DNA of 64,000 nt from Candidatus Bathyarchaeia archaeon (GTDB lineage Archaea; Thermoproteota; Bathyarchaeia; Bathyarchaeales; Bathycorpusculaceae), in assembly GCA_038883655.1 (NCBI GenBank), contig JAVZLQ010000004.1:168468-232467 (forward strand), given 5' to 3'. Below, in pieces: positions 1 to 8,895 of this stretch (position 1 is its first letter; each line of letters begins with the position of its first letter). A model generated the notes under the pieces. It saw only the letters and a program-made list of their open reading frames with translations, was not told the origin of the DNA and made no database searches. Made by a program: the position numbers and the translations under genes.

Positions 1-1
1 C

Positions 2-355
2 TGCATAGTCGATGAGGAACAGGGGCGCGTAATCTTCGTTGTAAACGAGGGACAAATAGGCGTAGCCATTGGAAAAGGCGGAAGAAACATCCGCACTTTG
101 GAGTCAATGACTGGAAAGAAACACGAAATAATCGAGTATTCAGAAGATCCTGTTCAATTCATAAAAAATGCCCTAAAACCAGCAATAGTTAAGGAGGTTC
201 GCCTCACGGAGAGAACCGATGGAAAGAGAATAGCCGTTGTTACTGTTAATCCGCGGGATAAGGGTGTAGCCATTGGCAAGAACGGAAGAAACGCTGAAAG
301 ACTGCGTTTTCTAGCAAAACGATATTTTGACATACAAAACGTAAGCATAACCTAG
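2..355 (+). CDS. nusA: Archaeal NusA (KH-domain transcription factor), 5'-truncated by the window edge
   Basis: Frame is open from base 2 (CIVDEEQGRVIFVVNEGQIGVAIGKGGRNI...). Two KH GxxG motifs: AIGKGG and AIGKNG. Confidence 0.95.
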   Translation, partial: CIVDEEQGRVIFVVNEGQIGVAIGKGGRNIRTLESMTGKKHEIIEYSEDPVQFIKNALKPAIVKEVRLTERTDGKRIAVVTVNPRDKGVAIGKNGRNAERLRFLAKRYFDIQNVSIT

Positions 356-372
356 ACTTGGAGAATCCCAGA

Positions 373-552
373 ATGAAAAGGCAAAAGTTGTTAACTTTAT
401 TCGCGTTTTTCCTATTTTCCATCTTAATAGGTGTTGCTAGGGCTGAAGACGATTTTATCTTCACTCAGTTTCTGGAAACTCCGCTGATAATTTTAACAAT
501 TCTAATCATAATTGACATCATAGCCTTCGTTTATCATAGAATAAGGAAGTAA
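373..552 (+). CDS. Small membrane protein (signal peptide plus one TM helix)
   Basis: ATG at 373. Two hydrophobic segments, an ARA| cleavage-like site and a basic C-terminal tail. Confidence 0.6.
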   Translation: MKRQKLLTLFAFFLFSILIGVARAEDDFIFTQFLETPLIILTILIIIDIIAFVYHRIRK

Positions 553-564
553 ACGCTGGGCATT

Positions 565-1119
565 CTACTTTGACAGGAGCATTTCTATAAGCGCTTTTTG
601 GTCTACTTCTGCGCGTGTCCGCCAATCCAAATACAACTGTTCATTTTCATCTTGCGTCAGATAACCATACCTAATGTAGCGGTCAATGTTGACGTCGACC
701 TTCCACCCTGGAAGCTTCTCGCGTAAGAGTTCCTCAACTTCCTTTCTTGGAGCTTTCCCCTTCTTTGATATTATGTAGGCTATGGCTATTGCAAGTCCAG
801 CTAAGTCGTCTATTCTCCACCCAATCATCTTCGCCTCTTTAGGCGTTAACTCGCCTCGTAATGTTATGTAGAACCTTGCTCTATCCAAATCTTCCAATGT
901 TGGATTTTCCTTCGGCTTATCCTCCTCAAAGACGGTTTTGACCTGCAAGTCCAAAGTCTTCAAGTGCTCGTCCAGAAGCTTGAGAACTTTTGGGTAGTCT
1001 GCTCCAAGGGATTTTCGCAGTTCCCATCCTTTTACGCCTGGCTTTTTGTGTCGTCTATAAAATAGCATGTGAACTGCCCTCTTCATTTTGCTTGCGTAGT
1101 AAGCTTTGCGTTTGCTCAT
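565..1119 (-). CDS. KITE-type tandem winged-helix SMC accessory subunit (ScpB/Nse1/Nse3-like)
   Basis: Third gene of the SMC-kleisin operon, with overlapping stop/start. C-terminal WH ...IDRYIRYGYL...LYLDWRTRAEVD resembles Nse1/MAGE WH-B. Confidence 0.65.
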   Translation of the reverse strand: MSKRKAYYASKMKRAVHMLFYRRHKKPGVKGWELRKSLGADYPKVLKLLDEHLKTLDLQVKTVFEEDKPKENPTLEDLDRARFYITLRGELTPKEAKMIGWRIDDLAGLAIAIAYIISKKGKAPRKEVEELLREKLPGWKVDVNIDRYIRYGYLTQDENEQLYLDWRTRAEVDQKALIEMLLSK

Positions 1120-1946
1120 TTTAGGCGTTCTCCCTTGCGTTTAAGCCATTCTTCTGGTGAGATGGCTATGGGCACGGAAACTAGCTGTTTTTTACCAAGT
1201 TTGGCTGGAGGCTTCTCGTAGGGTTTTATGAAAATCTCCTCTTCAAGTGGACGGATCTCTAATGTTGCATAGCCATATGTGATTAAGAAGCTTGTCATAA
1301 AAGCCCTATGGACTGTTTCCTCATATGTTTCAGCCATGATGAAGTCCCAATAACTTATCTTTTCATCTTCACCTTGTTCGGCGGTTTTATTTTTGAGTTC
1401 GCGCCAAAAGTTTTCCAGTTCTTCGGAGAAGGCTTTGTCCAGCAGTATTCTCTGTTCTATTAGTTCTTTGCGTGTTGCCTTGCCCGCTTCGGCTTCCATC
1501 GGCAGAGGTTCCTTCCACCTCTCTTTCAGTGGCAGTAAGCTTTCCCAGTATCGTATTGCCTCTGCTAGGCTGTGAAGTGAAATTTGCTCCAATTCGACTG
1601 TTGGATGCCAAGCGTAAAGGAAACTTTCAACAATGTCTTCTTTTTCTATCCGCCTTATCTTCTCTTCTAGCAGGAATGGGTCTGTGTAAAGCGACGTTGA
1701 ACGGTGTTTAACCCACTCGCTTTGCAGTTTTATGACCGAGGCTATGTGATGTATTGTTTCAGCGTCTAGGCATAGATCTTCTGGGATTTCCCATTCTGGA
1801 AAATACTCCTTAACCGTTGCTATAATGTCGTCCACGTCTATCAAGAACGGGTCTAGGGAGCGCTCCTCCACGGATCTGCACATTTCAATTATGCGCTGGA
1901 GCTTCTCCCTACCAGCCTTTATTCGCTCCTTCTTTGACTGCATCAA
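1116..1946 (-). CDS. Kleisin (ScpA/Nse4-like)
   Basis: N-terminal LDPFLIDVDDII...IASVIKLQSE and C-terminal ISYWDFI...RAFMTSFLITYGYATLE...EEIFIKP match ScpA N- and C-terminal motifs. Coupled to the SMC gene. Confidence 0.75.
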   Translation of the reverse strand: MMQSKKERIKAGREKLQRIIEMCRSVEERSLDPFLIDVDDIIATVKEYFPEWEIPEDLCLDAETIHHIASVIKLQSEWVKHRSTSLYTDPFLLEEKIRRIEKEDIVESFLYAWHPTVELEQISLHSLAEAIRYWESLLPLKERWKEPLPMEAEAGKATRKELIEQRILLDKAFSEELENFWRELKNKTAEQGEDEKISYWDFIMAETYEETVHRAFMTSFLITYGYATLEIRPLEEEIFIKPYEKPPAKLGKKQLVSVPIAISPEEWLKRKGERLK

Positions 1947-3886
1947 GTAACCTCGCGTATTATCGATTTGCCCTCAACATTTTGCACAGTAATTATGTTA
2001 ATGGCTTCTTTTGCGAATGTCACTTGGCTTGGCGTGATTATAATGTATTGGGCGTTTGCATCTTTAACCATTGATATTAATATTTTAGCAATTAGCTCGC
2101 GGTTTTTCGGGTCCATGTGGATATCATACTCGTCAACTGCCCTGAACGGTGAGCGGACGTGCTGTTGTAAGGCTAGAAGAAAGCTCATTGTGGCTGTTGT
2201 TCTTTCTCCACCGCTTTGCGTGTAAGCATCTAATGGAACTGGTTTTGCACCCTTAAAGCCCACAAGAATCTCCAGTCCAGCAGCCTCAATGTCGTGCTCG
2301 TTAACAAGCCTAACTTCACCTACAGCTTGAGATTGGCTTAAGATTTTCTGGTATTCTAAGCTTACGCGGTCGAGAAGGCTCTGGATGACTGTTCGCCAAG
2401 CTTGCATCCTCGTCTTAATCTCTTCAAGTGCTTTTTCCCTGTTTTCCGCAACAAGCCTAGCCTTATCCTTGAGCTCCAAATACAGTTTTGAGTAGGATTC
2501 ATACATGCGTTCTATGTCCTCTGAAACGTTTGAAAGTGCTGCCAGGTGCCCATCCGTAACCCTCAATTCATCCAAGATTTCGCCTACGCTCTTGACAACC
2601 GCAATTCTTGGTCCAGTTTGCTCTGCGCGGTTTATGGCTTCATTTAACTGTGCCTTTGCGCTTTTTAGTTGTTGCTCGATTTCTTCCAAATCCGCTTTGA
2701 CGTTTTCACGGCGGAACTGAAGCAAAGCCAGCTTAACGCGGTTTTCTAGAACTTGGCTGCCGACTTTTTCGATGTTTTCATCTAGGCTTTTGATTTTCAA
2801 CTGGTTTTCATCTATCTTGCCCTTCAACTTTAAAAGGTTTTGACTAAAGCTTTGTATAAGCTCTTTAAGATTTTCGGCTCTTAAGAGTTTAAACTGCGCG
2901 TTTTCTTGCACGGGCGGGTTTAAGCCTTCTCCGGAAAACCTTTCAAATGTTGAGGTTTCCTTTAGAAGCTGTTCGTAAATGGCGACTGTAGCTTCGTTTC
3001 CAGCCTTTTCACGTTCAAGACTTAAGCGTTCCTCAAATAACGTTTTCCACTCGCTTCTCAACTTTTCCAGTTCACTTTGATGCGTGTTTAGGTGCTCTTC
3101 CACTTCGCTTGTTTCTTTTTCGATTTGGCTTAAAGTGGCCAGCCGCCTTCTCTTTTCAGCTTCCAACCCGTTTATTGTTTCTTCTCTTCTGGCAACTTCT
3201 GCCCACGCCAGCTCCCTCTCCAAAAACCGCCTCTTCGTCATTAGCTGCTTTTTCTCTTGGTATCGCTCGTACTGTTCCCGCCAATAATTGAGTGTCTGTT
3301 CGGCGGATTCCAAAAGCTTGCTTATGGATTCTTCTTGGCTTAGGATTCGCGTTAACTTTTTCTGCGCTTCCAAAACATTGACGCGGAAAGGCTCCAGTCC
3401 AACAGCTGCTTCTACCATGCGTAGCTTTTGTTGTTGCGAGAGCACTGTGAACTGTTCAACCATGTTTTGATGCATTATTATGAGCATGTTGTTCGGGTCG
3501 ACGCCAAGCTTTGAGAGGAATCTGTCAACCTCCGCCTTCGTAACAGCCCTATTCTCCAACTCAAACCAGTACTGCCCATCCCTACGCAAAACACGCGTGA
3601 GAAAAATCTGATCCTTGTTAAATTTTGGAACTGGGCGCCTCCCGCCTTTCTTAGCGTTATCCAAAATTAGCGTGACGCGCGCTTGGTCCTTGCCCCAACG
3701 AATCAAGTCGCTCAATTTCCTAGAACGTTCAGTATAAGACTGCCCAAGAGCTACAGAAATAGCTAATAAAAGCGAGGATTTTCCAGAACCATTCGGACCG
3801 CAAACAACATTTACGCCTGGTTTAAGGGGTACCCTAGCGTACTCGTAGCTCATGAAGTTTTCAAGGATTACCTCGCTGACGAGCAT
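1943..3886 (-). CDS. Short SMC-family ATPase, Smc5/6-related
   Basis: LENFMSY, Walker A GPNGSGKS, Q-loop MHQN, long coiled coils, signature QSGGER, Walker B/D-loop FRAVDEYDIHMD. Confidence 0.92.
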   Translation of the reverse strand: MLVSEVILENFMSYEYARVPLKPGVNVVCGPNGSGKSSLLLAISVALGQSYTERSRKLSDLIRWGKDQARVTLILDNAKKGGRRPVPKFNKDQIFLTRVLRRDGQYWFELENRAVTKAEVDRFLSKLGVDPNNMLIIMHQNMVEQFTVLSQQQKLRMVEAAVGLEPFRVNVLEAQKKLTRILSQEESISKLLESAEQTLNYWREQYERYQEKKQLMTKRRFLERELAWAEVARREETINGLEAEKRRRLATLSQIEKETSEVEEHLNTHQSELEKLRSEWKTLFEERLSLEREKAGNEATVAIYEQLLKETSTFERFSGEGLNPPVQENAQFKLLRAENLKELIQSFSQNLLKLKGKIDENQLKIKSLDENIEKVGSQVLENRVKLALLQFRRENVKADLEEIEQQLKSAKAQLNEAINRAEQTGPRIAVVKSVGEILDELRVTDGHLAALSNVSEDIERMYESYSKLYLELKDKARLVAENREKALEEIKTRMQAWRTVIQSLLDRVSLEYQKILSQSQAVGEVRLVNEHDIEAAGLEILVGFKGAKPVPLDAYTQSGGERTTATMSFLLALQQHVRSPFRAVDEYDIHMDPKNRELIAKILISMVKDANAQYIIITPSQVTFAKEAINIITVQNVEGKSIIREVT

Positions 3887-4087
3887 CTGCCATTCTTTTC
3901 CTCTAGCGCCTTCCCTACTGCAGTATAAAATAGAGGATAAAAACTCTTATTAAAACAATTAGGCAAGAAGGGGTTGGGGCTAATCTTTATTTTAACAAAA
4001 TTTTGGACCCATGTTATGTATGTGTGGATATGCAAAACGCAAAACTTTAGTCTTCAACTCCATACAATAATTGTTGGCGATATCGAA

Positions 4088-4774
4088 ATGGTTGTTGCTG
4101 GCAAAGTGTTTAGGCTCGCGGAACAGCTTTCGTTGGCTGAAGTTGCTTCTAGGCTTAAGGATTATCGTGTTGAAGAGCCTTATGAGGAGGGCGATTACAA
4201 GTTTACGCTTGTTAGCGAAGTTGTTGGGCTTCTTTCAAAAGAAGGTGGGCTTCGGGGCATCTACTCCCATGATTACGTTATTCACGTTTTTCATAGGGGC
4301 AAGATGGCGCCTTTGCCACGCACAGTTGAAGCACTGTTCAGTTTTGCAGAACATGGAAAAGCCACGTTTTTGACTGTTGTGGAGAAGAAGCGTCTAGCCA
4401 ACTTCATAGCCAACAAGCTCAGCGAAATCCTATTCGAGAAGGTTGGCGGAATAGTTGAAGCCCGAATCCCGCCTGAAACTTTGAGGGACTTCCACTTGAA
4501 GAATCCTGAAGATACGAAGATAACGTTTTTCGATAACGTTGACATTCCAAACGTGAACAAGCTTTCGCTTTATGGACCAGACCTAATCAACACTTCGCTT
4601 TTCGAAGACTACTGCAAACATGGCGACCTCTGGTACGTCGTCGCAAGAACTAGAGAATACGGCTATGTGGTTGGCATAACCCGCGACGCGTCAGTCACGA
4701 TATTCAACCTAACAGACAAAGAAAGATACTTGGAGTACGTGCAGAAGGAAGTTTACCCGCTAATAGCTAAATAG
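4088..4774 (+). CDS. Conserved-looking hypothetical protein, divergent from the SMC operon
   Basis: Likely start is ATG 4088 (MVVAGKVF). Globular alpha/beta composition; no recognised motif. Confidence 0.75.
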   Translation: MVVAGKVFRLAEQLSLAEVASRLKDYRVEEPYEEGDYKFTLVSEVVGLLSKEGGLRGIYSHDYVIHVFHRGKMAPLPRTVEALFSFAEHGKATFLTVVEKKRLANFIANKLSEILFEKVGGIVEARIPPETLRDFHLKNPEDTKITFFDNVDIPNVNKLSLYGPDLINTSLFEDYCKHGDLWYVVARTREYGYVVGITRDASVTIFNLTDKERYLEYVQKEVYPLIAK

Positions 4775-4830
4775 GAAGAGAAACCTTTTACGCTAGATTA
4801 ACATTTCATAAACAGAATGGAGGACATCGG

Positions 4831-6252
4831 TTGTCCTTTTTAAGGAAATTTAAGGAAAAATTAACTCCACCGAACGCGTCCATTTCTTTGGAACTTGCGA
4901 AATGGCGATTCAGCCCAGGCGAAACCATTGAAGGCAAAGTTGTAGTCAAATCGGAAGAAGATTTTGACGCCGTTGGAATACGATGCGAAGTAGAATGCAT
5001 CGAGGAAATTAAAAGTAGAGTAAGCGAGTACAATTCGTCAAGAAAACGCATGATTGAAAGAGACGTCTGGAATAGAATTACGCATTTTGCGGAAAAACCA
5101 ACGATTTGTGGTCCAATACACATCACAAAAGGGTCAACACAAGCTTTCCCAATAAGCATTAAGCTCCCAACAAGCGCATGGCTATCTCATAAAGGAGTTG
5201 ACCGCAAGCTTACATGGATCATTAAGGGCGTAGTAGCCGTTGAAGGTAGACCAGACGCCACAAGCAAAACCATAGAAATTGAAGTTGGCGAGCCACAGCA
5301 AATTCAGCCTCCGCCACCACCGCCAATACCAGCTCCTGCTCCACAAGTGGCAGCACCTACTAGTCAAACAGCAGCCGCGCCTCCGCCGCCGAGTATGCCT
5401 TTGCCAACAAACTGTGGCAGATGTGGCGCTCCATTAGGCGTGTCACATGAGGATTTGGTTGTAACTTGCAGATACTGTGGCTTTACCATGACTGTGGCAA
5501 CGAGAGAAGAAGTAAGAAGGCACAGCATGTTGGAGAACCGTTTGTTCGCTCAGCAAGCCGTTGAAGCAGCGCGGAAGTACATGGATAAAGGCATTTTTAG
5601 GGTTGGTGTTTCAAAGGAAGCCGTTATAACAGATGTGAAACTTCGTTACGTGCCCTTCTGGGTTTGCCAAGTAACCACAAACACCTATTTTAGGGGCGTT
5701 ACTGGAACTGGAATTATGGGCGAAATCCACCAGGCGCAAGAGGCAGTTACAGACAAGAGGTCAAGTGGACTGGCAAAATTTGGAAAGCTCGTTCTTGCAG
5801 GAGTAAAAGCCTACGCTGAAACCCAACAGAAGGACAGACGACCACAAACAGTAGCGTATTCCTTCTCTAACACTTATATTTGGCCGACTTTGGCTAGGCG
5901 GACAATGATAAGCGAAATAAACTATTATGATGTGCCAGCCGCGCGAAAGATTCCCTTTGACGTTGGGAAGATACCGTCAGATGTGGAATTCCTAAACATA
6001 GAGTTGAATGAGGAGGAAGCCAAAATGAAGATTAAAGCGGAAGTCGAAGCAAGGGAGCGGCTAATCGCTTCTGGGAAAGTGGACACACTTGAGACTTGCA
6101 GTACAAGTATTGTCATGGGTGAAATGGAGCTTGTTCACGCTCCAGTTTGGTTTGTGCATTACACTTTGGGCGGCGAAAACTACGTTGTCGCCGTTGATGG
6201 TTGCGAGGGGAAAGTTTTAGGTGGGGGAAGACCGCTATTTAAAATCAAATAG
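4831..6252 (+). CDS. Arrestin_N/SpoOM-like domain + Pro-rich linker + zinc ribbon + YdjG-like C-terminal domain
   Basis: FSPGETIEGKVVV...FPISIKLP...LTWIIKGVVAVEGRPD (arrestin fold), poly-Pro linker, CxxC-x15-CxxC, then YVPFW...APVWFVHY...VAVDG..GKV. Confidence 0.7.
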   Translation: MSFLRKFKEKLTPPNASISLELAKWRFSPGETIEGKVVVKSEEDFDAVGIRCEVECIEEIKSRVSEYNSSRKRMIERDVWNRITHFAEKPTICGPIHITKGSTQAFPISIKLPTSAWLSHKGVDRKLTWIIKGVVAVEGRPDATSKTIEIEVGEPQQIQPPPPPPIPAPAPQVAAPTSQTAAAPPPPSMPLPTNCGRCGAPLGVSHEDLVVTCRYCGFTMTVATREEVRRHSMLENRLFAQQAVEAARKYMDKGIFRVGVSKEAVITDVKLRYVPFWVCQVTTNTYFRGVTGTGIMGEIHQAQEAVTDKRSSGLAKFGKLVLAGVKAYAETQQKDRRPQTVAYSFSNTYIWPTLARRTMISEINYYDVPAARKIPFDVGKIPSDVEFLNIELNEEEAKMKIKAEVEARERLIASGKVDTLETCSTSIVMGEMELVHAPVWFVHYTLGGENYVVAVDGCEGKVLGGGRPLFKIK

Positions 6253-6269
6253 GATAGGGAAGTTGGAAA

Positions 6270-6797
6270 ATGTCGGAAAAGGAAACCATAGAGAAAGTGA
6301 AGGATAGGCAAGGAATTCTCGCGAAAATCCAGAACATTTTCGGCTTGGGCTACGCGACTAAAGAAGACTTAAGGGAGCTGGACAAGAAACTAAGGGACTT
6401 CTACTATGCCGATTTTAGGAGCTTGCGCCACAGATGGGAAGAAATATACTTAGCGGCTTTGAACGCTGGAAAAGCCACAGACGACTTCAAAAAGGTTATA
6501 CAGATAATGGACCGTGTTGCAGAGAAAGTTAATCGCGCTGACTATGGGTATGCTGGGCTTATGGACCGAAAGGGACACATAAAAGAAACGGAATTAGCCC
6601 GCGTCTTCAACTATGACAAGACGTTAAGCGACGAGATTCAAAAAATAATTGACGCTGTAAATGACTTGTACAAGGATAGCCAAGCTGAAAACTGGGCTGA
6701 AGCCGCCGCGAAGGCTCGGAACATTAAATCCTTAATACTCGGTTTTGAGTCTAAATGGGATGAAAGAGAAAAACAGTTTAGACCAATGGAGGTGTAA
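6270..6797 (+). CDS. Helical hypothetical protein in the SPFH operon
   Basis: Tightly spaced between the arrestin-fold and SPFH genes. All-helical pattern with GY..KEDLRE.D and ADYGYAG motifs. Confidence 0.8.
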   Translation: MSEKETIEKVKDRQGILAKIQNIFGLGYATKEDLRELDKKLRDFYYADFRSLRHRWEEIYLAALNAGKATDDFKKVIQIMDRVAEKVNRADYGYAGLMDRKGHIKETELARVFNYDKTLSDEIQKIIDAVNDLYKDSQAENWAEAAAKARNIKSLILGFESKWDEREKQFRPMEV

Positions 6798-6802
6798 GTC
6801 AA

Positions 6803-7873
6803 ATGCCAGTTATTGAAAGGGTTTCATGGGATTATGCTGGACCAGAAGACATAGCCTACAGATTCCCAAAACTCACTTTGAAATATGGAAGCCAAGTCAT
6901 AGTTAAAGAGAACCAGTGGGCAGTTTTCTTCCGCGACGGAAAAGCCTACGACGTTTTCGGTCCTGGAAGGCACACCATAACGAGTAATAATATTCCGCTT
7001 TTGACTGGCGCCTTGAAGGCGCTTCGAATTATAGGCGACATATTCGATTGCGAAGTTATTTTTGTAAGCAACAGCCAGTTTAGGGCAAACTTCGGCGGAA
7101 CAGCCTATTCCGCGCCAAGCGGAGACATAAAATATCAGGCGGAGCTTGGATTTTACGGTTACATGCTCTATAAAGTTGAAGACCCGAAGCTTTTCGTGAC
7201 TGAGTTCTTCGGAAACAGAAACGCAAGCACATCGAGGGACATTGAAAACTACATTAGAGGTTTCATAAACGAGCGCATAATAAACGAGTTCGCAAACTAC
7301 GACATATTCACCCTTGTGCGGAATGTTGACGCAACCACGGATAAAGTTACGCTGAAAATAAGCGACGAAGCTGCGAGAGTAGGCTTGAAAGTGATAGACT
7401 GCGTATTCGAAGGCGTAAAGATCCCAGAAGAAGCTAGGCGTTTCGCTTCTGGATTGGGCGCCCAAGCTATGGTGATGCAATACATGAAAGAAACCGCCAC
7501 GGAACTCAAAGGAAGCGAGGGTGGAGGCGCAGCCGCCGCCGGATTAGGCGCAGGAATGGGCTTAACAATGCCGTACATCATGGCGCAGCAGATGCAGCAA
7601 ACCCAAGCGCAACAGTTGGTTATATGTCCAAGTTGCGGTGCGAAAAACCCCGTTGGAATGAAGTTCTGCGGAAACTGCGGCGCAAGTTTGGCTCCGCAAG
7701 CAAAGGTTATTTGTCCAAAGTGCAAAGCTGAGAATCCGGCTGGAATGAAGTTCTGTGGGAACTGCGGTTCGCCCTTAACCTCGTCGACCAGCGAAGTTGC
7801 ATGTCCGAAGTGTGGCACGAAGAATCCTGCTGGGACAAAGTTCTGCGGAAACTGCGGCGAAAAACTAGCCTAA
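6803..7873 (+). CDS. SPFH/band-7 (YdjI/virion-core-like) protein with three C-terminal zinc ribbons
   Basis: GSQVIVKENQWAVFFRDGK..DVFGPGRHTI...N.P, a Gly/Ala-rich GLGAGMG segment, and three CPxCGxxNPxGxKFCGNCG repeats. Confidence 0.9.
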   Translation: MPVIERVSWDYAGPEDIAYRFPKLTLKYGSQVIVKENQWAVFFRDGKAYDVFGPGRHTITSNNIPLLTGALKALRIIGDIFDCEVIFVSNSQFRANFGGTAYSAPSGDIKYQAELGFYGYMLYKVEDPKLFVTEFFGNRNASTSRDIENYIRGFINERIINEFANYDIFTLVRNVDATTDKVTLKISDEAARVGLKVIDCVFEGVKIPEEARRFASGLGAQAMVMQYMKETATELKGSEGGGAAAAGLGAGMGLTMPYIMAQQMQQTQAQQLVICPSCGAKNPVGMKFCGNCGASLAPQAKVICPKCKAENPAGMKFCGNCGSPLTSSTSEVACPKCGTKNPAGTKFCGNCGEKLA

Positions 7874-8202
7874 GACCTTTTTATCTTCTCCTTTTTCTTG
7901 TTTTGACTTTTTAATGGAGAACCACATTCTCCACAAAAATTCATGTGCGATGACATCAACGCACCGCATGATGGACAAGTGATGGGCGCTGGCGGATACA
8001 AAGCTTTTCCACAATGTCCACAAAACTTGTTCTCAACAGGGTTTTTTCCGCCACATTTTAGACAAACCACGACTTGTTTGGCGATTCTTTGGGATGGTTG
8101 CATAATTTGGAACATGGACTGCGAAATCATTAGTCCCATGGCTAATCCCAAACCAGCAGAAAAAGCCTCGCCGACACCGTAGTTTACCAATTCTTTTCCC
8201 AA
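7870..8202 (-). CDS. Double zinc-ribbon protein resembling the C-terminal tail of the adjacent SPFH protein
   Basis: AGLGLAMGL followed by two CxxC..N/S...FCGxCG ribbons. Confidence 0.8.
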   Translation of the reverse strand: MGKELVNYGVGEAFSAGLGLAMGLMISQSMFQIMQPSQRIAKQVVVCLKCGGKNPVENKFCGHCGKALYPPAPITCPSCGALMSSHMNFCGECGSPLKSQNKKKEKIKRS

Positions 8203-8291
8203 TTTAAATCATGTGCTTTTGTTTGAGAAAAACCTTGCTGATGATGTAGTCTTATTTGTAAGTTGGTGGTTAAATTGAAGTGGCGGTGCAT

Positions 8292-8888
8292 ATGAGTGCT
8301 GTTAAGGGTTTATGGAACATTGTGCTTAGCGGCTACCCAAAGTCTGGCAAGACAATGCTTGCCAACCGTTTGGTTGCGGAAAACAAGAAGTTTGCGCGGA
8401 TAGGCGTGGACGAGTTGAGAACAATGCTTTTTAATGAAGCGCCTCCATGCAGAGACGAGTTTCTCGTTTATTCGATAATTGCCCAACTACGCGATTATTT
8501 GTTGAAGAAGGGCTATAGCGTCGTAATAGATTCAACAGCGCCAGACAACGTGACCCGCGCTTTTTTGTTGATGACAAATGTTAAAAACGTGAACCGCTTG
8601 GTTGTTCTCTTCAACGTTGATAGGGAAGTCATAATTGAAAGAAACATAGCGCTTTTCGGAGATGCCACACCCGTTTTCGCTTGGGATGAACGGTGGGAGA
8701 CGCCGCCAGTGGGCGTTCCAATCTTCAAGTTTAAAAGCAACAATATGGAGGAGTTTGAGGCTTACTACGCGAGGCTTGCGGAACTTCTAGAAAGCGAAAT
8801 GCACCCATACAAGCCAGAATTTCAACACGCCCTAACATCAAAAAAGAGAATTAACCTTTTTAGAAAACTTTTGAAAAAGCGCTTCTAG
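8292..8888 (+). CDS. P-loop kinase (AAA_33-like)
   Basis: Walker A GYPKSGKT, then DELR and VVIDST. Confidence 0.8.
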   Translation: MSAVKGLWNIVLSGYPKSGKTMLANRLVAENKKFARIGVDELRTMLFNEAPPCRDEFLVYSIIAQLRDYLLKKGYSVVIDSTAPDNVTRAFLLMTNVKNVNRLVVLFNVDREVIIERNIALFGDATPVFAWDERWETPPVGVPIFKFKSNNMEEFEAYYARLAELLESEMHPYKPEFQHALTSKKRINLFRKLLKKRF

Positions 8889-8895
8889 CCCCTAT

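Noticed and set aside
565-3886. Wadjet/MksBEFG anti-plasmid system or Rad50-Mre11
   Set aside because: No Toprim JetD/MksG or Mre11 gene is adjacent, there is no zinc hook, and the head motifs are Smc5/6-like.
7618-7870. Repeated DNA (…ggaatgaagttctg…ggaactgcgg…) as a CRISPR or repeat array
   Set aside because: These are in-frame coding repeats of three zinc ribbons, with synonymous variation.
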